From the NCBI GenBank assembly GCA_963787255.1, contig CAWBCJ010000029.1, forward strand, positions 992,001 to 1,056,000: a DNA stretch of 64,000 nucleotides. Direction: 5' to 3'. Every line of letters begins with the position of its first letter. Within the stretch, counting starts at the first letter, position 1. The DNA comes from Methanobacteriota archaeon (GTDB lineage Archaea; Methanobacteriota; Methanobacteria; Methanobacteriales; Methanobacteriaceae). The notes below the pieces were generated by a model. The model saw nothing but the letters and a program-made list of their open reading frames with translations. It was not told the DNA's origin and did no database searches. This document shows positions 24,490 through 37,741 of the stretch, in pieces. The position numbers and the translations under genes are program-made.

Positions 24490-24595
24490 TAATTCCTCAT
24501 TTTTTCAATTTAAAAGAATAAAAAAAACCATTAATTTTGTTAAAACTTTAAAAAAAACATATATTTAAATATTATTTAATATTGAGGTGATCAAT

Positions 24596-25192
24596 TTGTC
24601 AGAACTTTTAATTCCACTGGACAAGTACCTAGCAGCAGGTTTACACATTGGAACTCAACAAAAAACTAAGGATATGGAACGATACATATATAGAGTAAGA
24701 GCAGATGGATTATACGTATTAGACGTTAGAAAAACAAACGACAGGATTCAATCAGCAGCAAATTTCCTTGCAAAGTTCGATCCTGACGACATACTTGTTG
24801 TATCAACAAGACAGTACGGGCAGGCCCCAGTTAAGAAATTCGGAAAGGTTACTGGAGCCAAAACAATCCCTGGAAGATTCATACCAGGAACATTAACCAA
24901 CCCTAACTACGGTAAATTCATAGAACCTAAAGTAGTAGTAGTTACAGACCCAAGATCCGACTCACAGGCCATAATTGAAGCAAAACAAATAGGAATACCA
25001 GTTGTTGCTCTCTGCGACACAGAAAACTTACTTGGAAACGTAGATATTGTATTACCAGTAAATAACAAGGGTAGAAAAGCAATAGCACTTGTATACTGGT
25101 TACTTGCAAGACAAATCTTAAGGGAAAGAGGAGTTATTGCAGAAGACGAAGAACTCGATATGCTGCCAGCAGATTTTGAGTTAAAGATTTAA
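24596..25192 (+). CDS. rps2: 30S ribosomal protein S2 (uS2)
   Basis: [28 protein letters not shown]; TTG start after GAGGTGA. Confidence 0.97.
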   Translation: MSELLIPLDKYLAAGLHIGTQQKTKDMERYIYRVRADGLYVLDVRKTNDRIQSAANFLAKFDPDDILVVSTRQYGQAPVKKFGKVTGAKTIPGRFIPGTLTNPNYGKFIEPKVVVVTDPRSDSQAIIEAKQIGIPVVALCDTENLLGNVDIVLPVNNKGRKAIALVYWLLARQILRERGVIAEDEELDMLPADFELKI

Positions 25193-25224
25193 AAACTTTT
25201 AAAAAAGAAAGGGGCAGTGATTTT

Positions 25225-26066
25225 ATGATAAGAAAACCTGCAGTAGCAGGAATTTTTTACGAATTAAATCCTGATTCTTTAAAAAAACAGATTGAATGGT
25301 GTTTTCAACACGAATTAGGCCCTGGAAAAATCCCGGAAATGGGAGATAAAAGAAACATTAAAGGAGTAATGGCACCTCATGCAGGCTATCCTTACTCAGG
25401 ACCAGTTGCCGCACATTCCTACAATAAAATTGTAGAAGATGGGTTTCCAGACACTTTTGTGATATTATGTCCTAATCACACAGGACTTGGATCCTCAATT
25501 TCCACCATGCTTGAAGGAGAATGGGAAACACCACTTGGAAATGTAGGAATAGACACACAGTTTGCAAGAAAATTGGTAGAAGATGCATTAATCATTGATG
25601 CCGATGCATCATCACATGTCCAGGAACACAGCTGTGAAGTTCATCTACCATTTTTACAGTATTTCAGTGAAGATTTCAAAATAGTGCCCATAAGCATGTG
25701 GATGCAGGATCTCTGAAACATCCAGGGAAATAGGTAAATCCATTAAAGAAACTGCAGAAGCACTTGAAAAAGACATAGTAGTAATAGCAAGCTCAGACAT
25801 GACTCATTACAAGCCACAAAAGGTTGCATAGTCAAAATGACCAGCAAGTGCTTGAAGCAATAAGTCATATGGACGAAAAATTAATGATTAGAAGAGTAAT
25901 GGATTTAAACGTTACAATGTGTGGTTACGGACCCGTAGCGGCAACATTAGTTGCTTCAAAGGAACTTGGAGCCCGAAATGCTGAAATACTTAAATATGCA
26001 ACAAGTGGTGACCTCACAGGAGACCTGAGCGCAGTAGTTGGTTACGCTTCAGCAGTTTTCTGGTGA
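25225..26066 (+). CDS. MEMO1 family protein (AmmeMemoRadiSam protein B); two apparent +1 insertions (~25712, ~25829)
   Basis: RKPAVAG.FY, PHAGY.YSG, EHS.EV.LPF; the out-of-frame middle segment encodes IASSDMTHY; [11 protein letters not shown]. Confidence 0.9.
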
Positions 26067-26220
26067 ATAATCCATAAAAAAGCCGGTAAAAAAACAAAGC
26101 AGACAAATCCTCAAAAATCAGAGATTTTTGTATGGTTTTAATATAACCTTAACCAATTAACTAGTCAGTATATTGACTTTAAACCATTATTTAGTAGTAT
26201 TTTAATAAGCGGTGAATTTA

Positions 26221-27198
26221 ATGCAAGTAACAGCATCTGCACCAGGAAAGGCAATTCTTTTTGGAGAACACGCTGTCGTTTACGGTAAACCGGCTATTGC
26301 AATGGCTCTAAATAAAAGAACGCAAGTAAAGGTTTCAGGACGTGCAGACAATAAAATACAGGTTAATATAAGGGATTTAGGGATAAAAGGATATATTAAT
26401 TTAAAGGATAATAGTATAATATCAGATTCACCTAAAAAAGGGATTTTAAAGTACATTTTGAATTCAGTTAAAAAAGTTCACGGCGAATCTGGATTAGATA
26501 TATGCATCGATGTTAACGTGCCTATTGGCGGCGGTTTAGGCTCATCTGCAGCAGTAACAGTGGCTTTGATAGCTGCAGTTTCAAAATACAATAATATGGA
26601 TTTAGGAAAAAAAGAAATTTCCATACTTGCACATGAAGTCGAATTAGAAGTTCAAAATTCTGCAAGTGCTTTAGATACAACTATAAGTACTTACGGTGGA
26701 TTAATTTATCTAGAAAAGGATGCAAAAGAGATTATTTCATTAAATGTTAACCATGATATTCCAGTAGTTATAGGATATACAGATTCCAGAGGAAATACAG
26801 GAAAACTTATAGAAGAAGTTAAAATCAGAAAAGAGCGCTATCCCGAAATTATCAATCCACTAATAGATTCAATAGAAACAATAACCAATGAAGCAAAGCA
26901 AGCAATTCTTAATAACGATAAAAAAAGAATTGGCGAACTTATGAACATTAATCACGGCCTTCTAGATGCTTTAGGCGTTAATACGGTGGAGCTATCAAAC
27001 ATGGTTTACACCGCAAGAAATGCAGGAGCGTCTGGATCTAAAATTACTGGTGCCGGCGGCGGGGGAAGTATGATATCATTCTGCCCTGATGGAACGAAAA
27101 AAGTTATATCGGCACTTAAAAAAATAGAAAATGCATTTAAAGCAGATATTTCTAAAGAAGGTGTTAAAATAAATGTTTTAAGCGAAGAGGTTGAGTAA
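26221..27198 (+). CDS. mvk: Mevalonate kinase
   Basis: APGKAILFGEHAVVYG, P.GGGLGSSAA, KITGAGGGG. Confidence 0.95.
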   Translation: MQVTASAPGKAILFGEHAVVYGKPAIAMALNKRTQVKVSGRADNKIQVNIRDLGIKGYINLKDNSIISDSPKKGILKYILNSVKKVHGESGLDICIDVNVPIGGGLGSSAAVTVALIAAVSKYNNMDLGKKEISILAHEVELEVQNSASALDTTISTYGGLIYLEKDAKEIISLNVNHDIPVVIGYTDSRGNTGKLIEEVKIRKERYPEIINPLIDSIETITNEAKQAILNNDKKRIGELMNINHGLLDALGVNTVELSNMVYTARNAGASGSKITGAGGGGSMISFCPDGTKKVISALKKIENAFKADISKEGVKINVLSEEVE

Positions 27199-27999
27199 TT
27201 GATTATATTGAAGCTTGGCGGGAGTGTTATTACAAAGAAGGAGGCTAAGGAGCCTACCATTGATTATGATAATTTAAATAGAATCTCATCGGAAATTGCA
27301 AGCTCATCATTTGATAAACTTATAATTGTTCACGGTGCAGGCTCATTCGGCCACCCATTTGCTAAAAAATACGAAATAGGCAGTGAAATTAAAGATGAAG
27401 ATGATCTCAATTACAAAAAACTTGGATTCTGCATCACCCAAAGCTGGGTTAAAAAATTAAACAGCATAGTATGCAAGAGCCTAAGAGAAAATGGGGTGTT
27501 TGCGGTATCAATACAGCCGTCATCATTTGTTACAACTAAAAATAAGCGGATTTATTCATGCGATCTTAATTTAATTAATAAATATTTGGATATTGGTTTT
27601 GTCCCGGTTATATATGGCGATGTAGTTGTGGATATGAATGAATCCATTAAAATATGTGTTTTATCTGGAGATCAGATAATACAGTACTTTGGAGAAAATT
27701 TAAAACCGGATAGGGTTATTTTAGGTTCTGATGTAGATGGCATATACACTAAAGACCCTAAAAAGTATCCCGATGCTGAATTAATAAAAATTGTTACATC
27801 CAGCGAAGACTTATCTACAGAAGGATCTTTAAATGTGGATGTAACTGGCGGGATGAACGGAAAACTAAGGGAACTAATAGAACTTGCCGAAATTGGAGTA
27901 GAATCCGAAATTTTAAATGCATCTAAAAAAAATTTTATCAAGAAAGCCCTTAACCACCAAAAAGGGATAGGGACCACAGTTAAAAAGAAGTTAACTTAA
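27199..27999 (+). CDS. Isopentenyl phosphate kinase
   Basis: LKLGGSVIT.K, VHGAGSFGH, SGD, DVTGGM; located between mvk and fni. Confidence 0.93.
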   Translation: MIILKLGGSVITKKEAKEPTIDYDNLNRISSEIASSSFDKLIIVHGAGSFGHPFAKKYEIGSEIKDEDDLNYKKLGFCITQSWVKKLNSIVCKSLRENGVFAVSIQPSSFVTTKNKRIYSCDLNLINKYLDIGFVPVIYGDVVVDMNESIKICVLSGDQIIQYFGENLKPDRVILGSDVDGIYTKDPKKYPDAELIKIVTSSEDLSTEGSLNVDVTGGMNGKLRELIELAEIGVESEILNASKKNFIKKALNHQKGIGTTVKKKLT

Positions 28000-28203
28000 T
28001 CCATTTATAAAATCAGTCTAATGAATTAATTTATAATAAAAATGGAAAAAATAATGATTTCCAAAATAAAAATTAAATAAGGAACAATAATTAAAAGATG
28101 AATTAGTTTATGAAGTAGTATAATATGGAAAAAAAAGGAATTATATATGATTTCTAGACTAAATTCAGATAAGGAATAATAAAAAAAATAAAGGAAGTAT
28201 AAT

Positions 28204-29262
28204 ATGACTTCAGACAGAAAATTGGAGCATTTATTACTATGTGCCAACTGCGATGTTGAATACAGGGAAAAAAGCACTGGATTTGAGGATATAGAACTCA
28301 TTCATAGAGCCCTTCCTGAAGTAAACAAAGAAGAAATCGATATAAGTGCAGAACTTTTTGGAAAGAAAATGGATGTACCACTAATAATATCTGCAATAAC
28401 CGGAGGTCATCCTGCAGCATTTAATATAAATAGAGAACTTGCAAAGGCAGCAGATGAAATGAATATTGGAATGGGTGTTGGAAGCCAGCGTGCTGCAGTA
28501 GAAAACCCGACCTTAGTATCAACTTACTCTGTTGTAAGAGAAAACGCACCTGAGGCAGTAATAATCGGTAATATCGGCGCACCACAAATAGAATTTGCAC
28601 AACAAGCAGCAAGCATGATAGAAGCAGATGCGCTTGCAATTCATCTTAACACACTCCAGGAGGCTATTCAGCCTGAAGGAGACATAGATGCGAGAGGATA
28701 CATTTCATCAATAGAAAATGCAGCAGATATAATTGACATGCCCATAATTGCCAAAGAAACGGGTGCCGGAATTTCAAGAGAGGATGCTGTGGCACTGGAA
28801 AAAGCAGAAGTATCAGCAATTGACGTTGCAGGATCAGGTGGTACAAGCTGGGCTGCAGTTGAAACATACAGAGCTAAAGACAGTTACATGGGAAATTTAT
28901 ACTGGGATTGGGGAATTCCAACAGCAGTAAGTACAATTGAAGTATGCGAAGCTGTCAACATTCCAGTCATATCATCTGGCGGTATAAGAAACGGCCTTGA
29001 AGCTGCAAAAGCATTAGCTTTAGGTGCAGAATCCGTTGGAATGGCATTACCATTACTTAAAGATGCTTATATAGGTCATGAAGCCATAATTAAAAGAATT
29101 GAACAGTTTAAAGATTCTCTTAAAGTAGCCATGTTCCTTGTCGGTGCCTCTAACATAAAAGAGCTTAGAAAAAGTAATCTAATTATACGGGGCAAAACTC
29201 GAGAATGGCTGAAAGATCGAGGAATTGATACAAAGAAATACGCCCAACGAGCACATAGTTAA
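28204..29262 (+). CDS. fni: Type 2 isopentenyl-diphosphate delta-isomerase
   Basis: RKLEH, GVGSQR, HLN..QE, KETGAG, GGTSW, WGIPT. Confidence 0.96.
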   Translation: MTSDRKLEHLLLCANCDVEYREKSTGFEDIELIHRALPEVNKEEIDISAELFGKKMDVPLIISAITGGHPAAFNINRELAKAADEMNIGMGVGSQRAAVENPTLVSTYSVVRENAPEAVIIGNIGAPQIEFAQQAASMIEADALAIHLNTLQEAIQPEGDIDARGYISSIENAADIIDMPIIAKETGAGISREDAVALEKAEVSAIDVAGSGGTSWAAVETYRAKDSYMGNLYWDWGIPTAVSTIEVCEAVNIPVISSGGIRNGLEAAKALALGAESVGMALPLLKDAYIGHEAIIKRIEQFKDSLKVAMFLVGASNIKELRKSNLIIRGKTREWLKDRGIDTKKYAQRAHS

Positions 29263-29420
29263 TTAGTAAATTATTGAGCATATTATTATCATATTTCAAT
29301 AAAATGACAGTTAAATTCAAATTGGAATAATTAAAATCATCTACAAATCTCTAAAATACTTTAAATAAAGTTTTTAATAAAAAGAGATTTGTTCACGCAA
29401 AAACGCAGGAGGATTATTTT

Positions 29421-30770
29421 ATGAGCGTTGAAGTAATAGCAATAGGTGGATATGAAGAAGTAGGAAAGAACATGTCCGCAGTTAAAGTCGGGGATGACGT
29501 GATCATCTTTGACATGGGAATTCATCTTGACAGAATTCATATTCATGAAGATACAGACATAGCAAGAATGCATAGTTTGGATTTAATCGAAAGGGGAGTT
29601 ATACCTGACGATACATTAATGAAAGAAGTGGACGGTAAAGTAAGAGCAATAGTATTTACCCACGGTCACTTAGACCACATAGGAGCAGTTGCAAAGCTTG
29701 CCCACAGGTACGAGGCACCAATAATAGCCACACCTTACACACTAGCGCTAATAGAAAAGACAATTAAGGGAGAGAGGAAGTTTAATGTTACAAATCCCCT
29801 TCAGGTTCTTAATACTGGTGAAAAATGCCAGATATCTCCAGATATTACCTTAGAATTTATTAACGCAACTCACAGTATTCCGCATGCTGCAATGGCAGCT
29901 CTGCACACTTCTGAAGGTATAATAATTTATGCAAATGACTTTAAATTCGATAACTACCAGATGATTTCCCAACCGCCGAACTACGGCAGACTAAAAGAAT
30001 TAGGTAGAAAAGGAGTACTAGCCCTTATTGTGGAAACAACAAGAGTTGGAGAGGATGGGGAGGATAAAACCCACTCTGAAAAAGTTGCCAGAATTATGTT
30101 AAAAGACATAATGCTTGACCCTCTTGACGAGAAAAATGGAATGCTGGTCACAACATTTTCATCTCATATCGAGCGTGTTCAGGCCATATGTAACATATCA
30201 GAGCAAAGTGACAGAAAGTTACTGCTTCTTGGAAGATCAATGGAACGATACTGTGGAATGGCTGAAGCAATGGGAATATTAAAGGTTCCAGCAACAGCAA
30301 GTATATATGGAAGTCCAAAGGCAGTTAATAGGGCACTTGCTAGAGCTGAAGAAAACCGATCAGAATATCTTTTAGTTACAACAGGCCATCAAGGAGAGCC
30401 TGACGCCCTTTTACCACGTATTGCCAGTGGAAAAACCCAATTTGGTGTAAGAAGTGGAGATAATGTAGTAATATCTGCACCGATAATACCAAATCCAATG
30501 AATATTGCTAACAGGAACTTACTGGAGAGAAGACTTAAATCAAGTGGTGCCAGAATATTTAGAAATGCACACGTTTCAGGGCATGCAGGGCGTGAAGATC
30601 ATAGAGATTTCTTAAGGATGTTAAATCCAATGCACATTATTCCAGCTCATGGTGATCTGGAAATGCTTGCTGCATATACGGAACTTGCAGAAGAAGAAGG
30701 GTATAAATTAGGAAACAACATTCATATACTAAGAAACGGTCAGGCACAGGTATTTAACGGAGGAATTTAA
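29421..30770 (+). CDS. rnj: RNase J family beta-CASP ribonuclease
   Basis: [33 protein letters not shown]. Confidence 0.93.
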   Translation: MSVEVIAIGGYEEVGKNMSAVKVGDDVIIFDMGIHLDRIHIHEDTDIARMHSLDLIERGVIPDDTLMKEVDGKVRAIVFTHGHLDHIGAVAKLAHRYEAPIIATPYTLALIEKTIKGERKFNVTNPLQVLNTGEKCQISPDITLEFINATHSIPHAAMAALHTSEGIIIYANDFKFDNYQMISQPPNYGRLKELGRKGVLALIVETTRVGEDGEDKTHSEKVARIMLKDIMLDPLDEKNGMLVTTFSSHIERVQAICNISEQSDRKLLLLGRSMERYCGMAEAMGILKVPATASIYGSPKAVNRALARAEENRSEYLLVTTGHQGEPDALLPRIASGKTQFGVRSGDNVVISAPIIPNPMNIANRNLLERRLKSSGARIFRNAHVSGHAGREDHRDFLRMLNPMHIIPAHGDLEMLAAYTELAEEEGYKLGNNIHILRNGQAQVFNGGI

Positions 30771-31756
30771 TGGATGTAATGGACACACTGAAAAAATATT
30801 CGGAAAGCATAGACAACGAAATAGATGCGTCATTGAGGACAATTGATCCTTCAACACTTTGTAAAGCATCAGATCATCTTATTAAAGCTGGGGGGAAGAA
30901 ACTCCGCCCTGCACTCGTTATCTTAAGCACTGAATCAGTAGGAGGCAGAAGTCAGGATGCCCTGAAAACTGCCGCGTCCATGGAACTCATACACACTTTC
31001 TCTCTCATACACGATGACATAATGGACAAAGATGAGATGAGGAGGGGAAAACCCTCTGTTCATACCATCTGGGGAGAGCCTATGGCCATTTTAGCCGGAG
31101 ACACACTATTTTCCAAGGCATTTGAGACAGTACTGGAAACTGATACAACAAATATCGATCCAAAAAGAGTTGTAGATGCTTTAAAAACAGTTGTAGATTC
31201 ATGTATTAAAATATGCGAAGGGCAGGCGCTGGATATAGGATTTGAAGGCAAACTGGACGTAAGTGAAGAAGAATACATGAACATGATCTACAAAAAGACT
31301 GCTGCACTTATAGCGGCTGCAACAAAGGCAGGTGCAATACTGGGCGGTGGAACAGAAGAACAAATAGAAGCACTTTCAGAATATGGACGTTTAATTGGGT
31401 TGGCATTTCAGATTCAGGATGATTATCTTGATGTAGTAAGTTATGAAGAAGATATTGGAAAGCCCGTTGGAAGCGACATTGTAGAAGGAAAAATGACCCT
31501 CATGGTTGTCCATGCACTTGCAAACGCATCAAAAGAAGATAAAGAAAGACTCATATCTATATTAGAAGCAAATAATGAAGATCTAATTGATGATGCCATT
31601 GGAATATTCAACAAATATGGATCAATTGAATACACCAGAAACATTGCACTTGGCAATGTTAAAACTGCAAAAGAATTATTAAATGTTTTAGAAGATTCTG
31701 ATGCTAAAGAATCCCTGAAACTAATTGCAGACTTCGTTCTCGAAAGAACACATTAA
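30770..31756 (+). CDS. idsA: Geranylgeranyl diphosphate synthase (short-chain isoprenyl diphosphate synthase)
   Basis: [25 protein letters not shown]. Confidence 0.95.
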   Translation: MDVMDTLKKYSESIDNEIDASLRTIDPSTLCKASDHLIKAGGKKLRPALVILSTESVGGRSQDALKTAASMELIHTFSLIHDDIMDKDEMRRGKPSVHTIWGEPMAILAGDTLFSKAFETVLETDTTNIDPKRVVDALKTVVDSCIKICEGQALDIGFEGKLDVSEEEYMNMIYKKTAALIAAATKAGAILGGGTEEQIEALSEYGRLIGLAFQIQDDYLDVVSYEEDIGKPVGSDIVEGKMTLMVVHALANASKEDKERLISILEANNEDLIDDAIGIFNKYGSIEYTRNIALGNVKTAKELLNVLEDSDAKESLKLIADFVLERTH

Positions 31757-31806
31757 TAAATTTTATTATTTTTTATATATTTCATTTTTTACATCTCGGT
31801 GATATT

Positions 31807-33480
31807 ATGGAGAATTTAAAAGACCTTGTATACAAATACGCACTTCAAAATGCGGTTAAACATAAAGGAAAGGCTCAAAATGGTGCTGTAATAGGCAGTA
31901 TTATGAGCTCTCATCCGGAGTTTCGTAAAGAAGCGCGCGAAGTTTCCAAAGCTGTAGGAGAAGTTTTAGCAAAAATCAACGCAATGAGTAATGAGGAACA
32001 AGCTAAAGAACTTGAGAAATTCGGCGGCATGGTAGAGGAGGAAAAAAAAGTCGCTCCAAAAGGTCTTGTTGACTTACCAGATGTTAAAGGAAAAGTTGTT
32101 TTAAGATTTGCCCCTAATCCGAGTGGTCCTCTACATATAGGGCATTCAAGAGCAGCAATATTAAATAACGAATACTTGAAAAGATACGGCGGTAAACTAT
32201 TATTGCGTATTGAAGATACCGATCCGCGAAGGGTATATCCAGATGCATATGAAATGATAGATGAAGATCTAGAATGGATGGATGTCAAAATAGATGAAAA
32301 ATTTATACAAAGCGATAGAATTCCTGTCTACTATGAATATGCTGAAAAACTTATTAAACTCGGCGGCGCCTATATGTGCACCTGCGAAGGCGGTGTATTT
32401 AAAAATTTAAAGGACCAATCAAATGCATGTCCATGTAGAGATATGGGTGTGGAAGAAAATCTCAAACTGTGGAAAGAAATGGAAGATATGGATGAGGGAG
32501 ACGCAGTTTTAAGAGTTAAAACTGATATAGAACATAAAAATCCTGCAATAAGAGATTTTGTTGCAATGAGAATCGTTGATGCAGAACATCCACGAACAGG
32601 AACTAAATATAAAATTTATCCAATGATGAACTTTTCTGTGGCAGTTGACGACCATTTAATGGGGATGACACATGTTTTAAGGGGAAAGGACCATCTTGCA
32701 AACTCAGAAAAACAGAAATACATCTACGATCACTTTGGATGGGACATACCAGTTTTCATTCATTACGGTAGGCTTAAAATGGATGATGTAGCGTTAAGCA
32801 CCTCCAAAGCCAAGGAAGGAATAGAAAATGGAATATATTCTGGTTGGGATGACCCAAGGCTTGGAACGATAAGGGCCATAGCAAAAAGGGGAATAATGAA
32901 AGAGGCTCTTTATGAACTGATGAATGAAATAGGCGTTAAAATTGCGGACTCAACTGTAAGCTGGAAGAAAGTGTATGGATTAAACCGTGCAATCCTTGAA
33001 GAAGCTGCAAATAGGTATTTCTTTGTATGGGATCCAGAAAAGGTTGAAATAGAGAATCTTCCTTCTTCTACGAAAGGAATAATTGAAAGACCAATGCATC
33101 CTGACTTTTTAGATCGAGGCAATCGTGAAATTCCATTTAACGGTAAGATTTATCTTGTAAAAGAGGATATAAAGGAAAAACGTGTTTTGAGACTTATGGA
33201 TGCTGTAAATATTATTTTTGAAGATGGCAAAGCTGTTTATTACAGCACAACTTTTGAAGATGCTAGGGAAGCGGGTGCGCAGATCATTCATTGGGTTCCA
33301 GGCGACAATAATTTAAATGCAGAAATAGTAATGCCTGATGCAAGCATTGTAAAAGGCTTGGTTGAACCATCATGTAAAAATCTCAATGTGGGGGATGTTG
33401 TACAGTTGGAACGATTTGGATTTGCACGTTTAGATGAAATAGAAGAAAATAAGTTAATATTCTACTTTGCACATAAATAA
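31807..33480 (+). CDS. gltX: Glutamate--tRNA ligase
   Basis: RFAPNPSGPLHIGH, LSTSK, DDPRL, QLERFGF. Confidence 0.97.
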   Translation: MENLKDLVYKYALQNAVKHKGKAQNGAVIGSIMSSHPEFRKEAREVSKAVGEVLAKINAMSNEEQAKELEKFGGMVEEEKKVAPKGLVDLPDVKGKVVLRFAPNPSGPLHIGHSRAAILNNEYLKRYGGKLLLRIEDTDPRRVYPDAYEMIDEDLEWMDVKIDEKFIQSDRIPVYYEYAEKLIKLGGAYMCTCEGGVFKNLKDQSNACPCRDMGVEENLKLWKEMEDMDEGDAVLRVKTDIEHKNPAIRDFVAMRIVDAEHPRTGTKYKIYPMMNFSVAVDDHLMGMTHVLRGKDHLANSEKQKYIYDHFGWDIPVFIHYGRLKMDDVALSTSKAKEGIENGIYSGWDDPRLGTIRAIAKRGIMKEALYELMNEIGVKIADSTVSWKKVYGLNRAILEEAANRYFFVWDPEKVEIENLPSSTKGIIERPMHPDFLDRGNREIPFNGKIYLVKEDIKEKRVLRLMDAVNIIFEDGKAVYYSTTFEDAREAGAQIIHWVPGDNNLNAEIVMPDASIVKGLVEPSCKNLNVGDVVQLERFGFARLDEIEENKLIFYFAHK

Positions 33481-33509
33481 TTGGATATATTAAATAAAGG
33501 AGATTTAAA

Positions 33510-34744
33510 ATGGCAGTACAGATTAATGAAAACTATTTATTGCTTAAAAGCAGTTATATCTTTGCTGAAATTGCACAAAGAGTTGAAAAATATCAGAAGG
33601 ATAACCCTGACGCAGATGTTATCCGAATGGGAATTGGAGATGTCACAAAGCCGTTACCAAAAGCAGTGTAGAGGAATTCAAAAATGCTGTAGATGAGATG
33701 GCTAAAAGAGAATCATTCAGGGGTTACGGACCAGAACAGGGCTATGAATTCTTAATTGAAGAAATAATCAAAAATGACTACATTCCTCGTGGAATTGAAC
33801 TAGATAACGGCGAAGTATTCATAAGTGACGGAGCTAAATGCGATACTGGAAATATTCAGGAAATATTTGGATTAAACAATATTGTAGCAGTAACAGATCC
33901 AGTATATCCAGTTTACGTTGAAAGTAATATCATGGCAGGCCGTGGAGGTCCAATGGGAGAAGATGGAAAGTACGAGGGATTGGTTTACCTTCCATGTACC
34001 GAGGAGAACGATTTTGTTCCGGAACTTCCAAAAACACATGTAGATTTAATTTATCTCTGTTATCCTAACAATCCAACAGGTACAGCACTTACAAAAGAAC
34101 AGCTGGCCAAATGGATTGATTACGCACGTGAAAACAGGTCAATTATTCTCTTTGATGCAGCTTATGAAGCTTACGTACAGGAAGATAACATACCTCACAG
34201 TATCTACGAAATTGAAGGTGCAAAAGAAGTTGCTATTGAATTTAGAAGCTTTTCTAAGAATGCAGGATTTACAGGGACAAGATGCGCTTATACTGTAGTA
34301 CCTAAAGAAGTTATGGGCTTTGATTCTTCCGGAAACCCATATTCATTGAATCCACTTTGGAACAGACGTCAAACTACCAAATTTAACGGTGTTTCATACC
34401 CTGTTCAAATGGCAGCTAAAGCGGTTTACTGCGAAGAAGGCCAGAAAGAAATTAAAGAATATATTGAATACTACATGAAAAATGCAGCAATTATAAGGGA
34501 AAGTTTAGCTAAATTGGGCTTAAATATTTACGGTGGAGTTAACTCACCTTATATATGGATTAAAACCCCAAATAACATGGATTCATGGGAATTCTTTGAT
34601 CTTCTTTTAAATAAAGCACACGTGGTTGGAACACCGGGTGTAGGTTTCGGGCCAAGCGGTGAAGGTTATTTCAGGATAACTGCATTTAACACGCTTGAAA
34701 ACACCAAAGAAGCCATGGAAAGGATATCTAAACTATCTTTTTAA
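33510..34744 (+). CDS. dapL: LL-diaminopimelate aminotransferase; apparent 1-nt deletion near 33667
   Basis: N-terminus from ATG 33510 (MAVQINENY...RMGIGDVT) joins [31 protein letters not shown]. Confidence 0.93.
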
Positions 34745-34872
34745 AAATTTTTTTTTCTTTTAATGATTTAATCGTAACTTATTTACTCTAACTATGTTTT
34801 TTTCTTAAATTTTATTAACTGTCATCTAAAGATCATTAACAAGAATTATATATACTGTTTTTTGGTGATCTA

Positions 34873-36225
34873 ATGCAAGAAACATTGGAATATGTTGATA
34901 AAAATTTGGACAAATTTATTGGGAGTTTAAAAGAAATTTGCTCAATTCCTTCTATATCTGCTAAAAATGAGGGGATAGAAGAGTCAGCAGCTAAAATAGC
35001 TGAAATTATGGAATCATCAGGTATTGAATCCAGAATATTGAGGATTGAAGGTGCAAATCCACTAGTATATGGTGAATATAAACCCGAATCCTACGAAAAA
35101 ACAATTATTTTTTATAATCACTATGATGTACAGCCTGCTGACCCACTTGAACAATGGGAAAGTCCACCATTTAAACCAACTATTAGAGATGGGAAAATAT
35201 TTGCAAGGGGAGTTGCAGATAACAAAGGCAACATTATTGCAAGGATTAAAGCTGTAGAATCTATTTTAAAGACAAAAGGAGATCTTCCAGTAGCTGTGAA
35301 ATTCCTCTTTGAAGGAGAAGAGGAAGTAGGGGGTGTTTCTCTTCCAAAATATGTTGATAAGTACAGAGAGCTTTTTAAGGCAGATATGGGAGTTTGGGAG
35401 TCAGGTGATAGGCATGAAACCGAAAGACCAGCCATTAAACTTGGTTACAAGGGAATGGCATATTTTGATATTTCTGTTAAAGGTCCGGATAAAGATGTGC
35501 ACTCTGGAAGGGCAGGATTAATTCCTAATCCAATATGGCGATTGATGCAGTTTTTAAGCAGCTTAAGGGATAAAAGCGGCAGGATACTTATAGAAGGGTT
35601 CTACGATGATATGGACAAAATTGAAAAAAAAGATATAGAACTTTTAGAGAAAATTCCATTTGATGATGAATTAATTTTGGAAAAATACGGTTTAAAGAAG
35701 TTTGAAGGCGGAGTTTCTGGTTTAAATGCACTTAAATCATTATATCTTAAACCCACATGCAATATTGATGGTATATATTCTGGATATGCTGGTGCAAGCT
35801 CTAAGACAATTGTTCCAAGTTCTGCATCTGCAAAACTGGATTTTAGATTTCTTCCAGGACAAAAGACTGAAAATCTCGCCCGAAATCTTCAAAAACATGT
35901 AATTAAATATGGATTTGAAGATGTTAATATAAAATATATTTACGGTTACGAATCTGCTAAAACTAGCGCTTCTTCAGGAGAAGTAGAAGTTATCTGTGAA
36001 GCTACAAAAAGAACATATGGCATGGAACCTTTAATTTATCCATTATCCATTGGAAGCAGCCCTATTTACAACTTCATCAATAAATTGAATATACCCACAG
36101 TTTCAGTAGGTGTGGAATATTGGGGTTCTCTTGTACACTCACCCAATGAAAATATAAGAATTGAAGACTTTAAAATGGGCATAAAAAACATAATAAACAT
36201 CATAGACGGTTTATATAGGTCTTAA
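34873..36225 (+). CDS. M20 family metallopeptidase (ArgE/DapE/dipeptidase-like)
   Basis: HYDVQP, RGVADNKG, EGEEE, HSPNE. Confidence 0.9.
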   Translation: MQETLEYVDKNLDKFIGSLKEICSIPSISAKNEGIEESAAKIAEIMESSGIESRILRIEGANPLVYGEYKPESYEKTIIFYNHYDVQPADPLEQWESPPFKPTIRDGKIFARGVADNKGNIIARIKAVESILKTKGDLPVAVKFLFEGEEEVGGVSLPKYVDKYRELFKADMGVWESGDRHETERPAIKLGYKGMAYFDISVKGPDKDVHSGRAGLIPNPIWRLMQFLSSLRDKSGRILIEGFYDDMDKIEKKDIELLEKIPFDDELILEKYGLKKFEGGVSGLNALKSLYLKPTCNIDGIYSGYAGASSKTIVPSSASAKLDFRFLPGQKTENLARNLQKHVIKYGFEDVNIKYIYGYESAKTSASSGEVEVICEATKRTYGMEPLIYPLSIGSSPIYNFINKLNIPTVSVGVEYWGSLVHSPNENIRIEDFKMGIKNIINIIDGLYRS

Positions 36226-36484
36226 TCCGAGATTGATTCAAACACATTTTTTTTGCTGTAAATTGAAGATATTTATAAAACATTTTTTAGACTCCGATAA
36301 AGATATTTTAAGCTATTAAATTAGCTTAATTTAAAAAATATGAATTAATAAATTGAAAACAGGTTTTTCAGGGGTTTTTTATTAATTAATTAAATTTAAT
36401 TGATCATCCTTTTAAAAATAAGGGAAAGGTTTTTATTAAGAGCTTCCAAAAATAAGAGAGGCAAAGAAATTTGGAGAACACAAT

Positions 36485-37507
36485 ATGACATGTAGTATAT
36501 TAGTTGGTGGCGGCTGGGGAGATGAAGGCAAAGGAAAATGCATCACTTACCTCTGTTACAATGATAAACCTGATATAATAGCAAGGGCAGGAGTAGGTCC
36601 AAATGCGGGCCATTCTGTTGAATTTAAAGGAGATAAATACGGTTTAAGATTAACTCCGTCTGGATTTTTCCACAAAGATGCAAGACTGCTAATTGGAGCA
36701 GGAGTACTTGTAGATCCTGGGGTTTTCATGCACGAACTTGATTATTTAAACAAGTACAATGTAAAAGGCAGAACATTTGCTGATTACAGATGCGCAATCA
36801 TAGAACAGAAACATAAAGATCAAGATCGAGCTTCAGATTATTTATCTAAGAAAATAGGAAGTACAGGAACCGGCTGTGGGCCTGCAAACGCAGATAGAGT
36901 TAACAGAAAAATTAAACTTGCAGGACAATTAGATGAAATGAAGGATTATATCACAGACGTCCCTCGCGAAGTAAATGAAGCGCTGGACAATGAAAGAGAT
37001 GTTTTTATTGAAGGATCACAGGGTTTTGGTCTATCTCTTTACTATGGTACATATCCATTTGTTACAAGCAAAGATACAACTGCAAGCACCGCTGCAGCAG
37101 ATGTAGGTGTTGGACCAACTCGTATTGATGATGTAATTGTAGTATTTAAATCATACATCACACGTGTGGGTGAGGGGCCATTTAGCACTGAAATTTCACA
37201 GGAAGAAGCTGAAAAATTAGGCTTAGAAGAATATGGAACCGTAACAGGCAGAAGGAGAAGGGTAGGTACCTTTGATATGGATCTAGCCAAAGAATCATGT
37301 ATGATAAACGGAGCTACACAAATCGCGTTAACATGTGTTGACAGAATTTTCCCAAAATGTGAACGTGTAAAAGATTATTCTAAGCTTTCAGGGGAAGTTA
37401 AGAGGTTTATTGAAGAAATTGAAGGGGAAACTGGAGTTCCAGTAACTATAATTTCAACAGGACCTGATCTGGAAGATACTATTGATATAAGAGATGAACT
37501 TTTGTAA
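36485..37507 (+). CDS. purA: Adenylosuccinate synthetase (short archaeal type)
   Basis: [26 protein letters not shown]. Confidence 0.97.
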   Translation: MTCSILVGGGWGDEGKGKCITYLCYNDKPDIIARAGVGPNAGHSVEFKGDKYGLRLTPSGFFHKDARLLIGAGVLVDPGVFMHELDYLNKYNVKGRTFADYRCAIIEQKHKDQDRASDYLSKKIGSTGTGCGPANADRVNRKIKLAGQLDEMKDYITDVPREVNEALDNERDVFIEGSQGFGLSLYYGTYPFVTSKDTTASTAAADVGVGPTRIDDVIVVFKSYITRVGEGPFSTEISQEEAEKLGLEEYGTVTGRRRRVGTFDMDLAKESCMINGATQIALTCVDRIFPKCERVKDYSKLSGEVKRFIEEIEGETGVPVTIISTGPDLEDTIDIRDELL

Positions 37508-37741
37508 TAAAAAGTTCTATATCTTTAATTTTCCTTTATTTAGTAATATTCTTGATTTAAGGAATAATCTTTAAATATATTTAACACATTTTTAATTTTC
37601 CTGAAGAATAATGGGGATGAGCTTTTTTTTTAATCCCTAAAAAACTCTTTTTTTTACTTATTTTCTAATTTATTGTTTAAAAATAGACCTGATTTATATA
37701 ATACTCATTTTAATTAAAATAAAAGAAAAAAAAATATTGTT

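Noticed and set aside
28000-28203. Minus-strand ORF 28026-28301 and AT-rich gap between ipk and fni
   Set aside because: Low-complexity F/I/L-rich translation typical of AT-rich intergenic DNA
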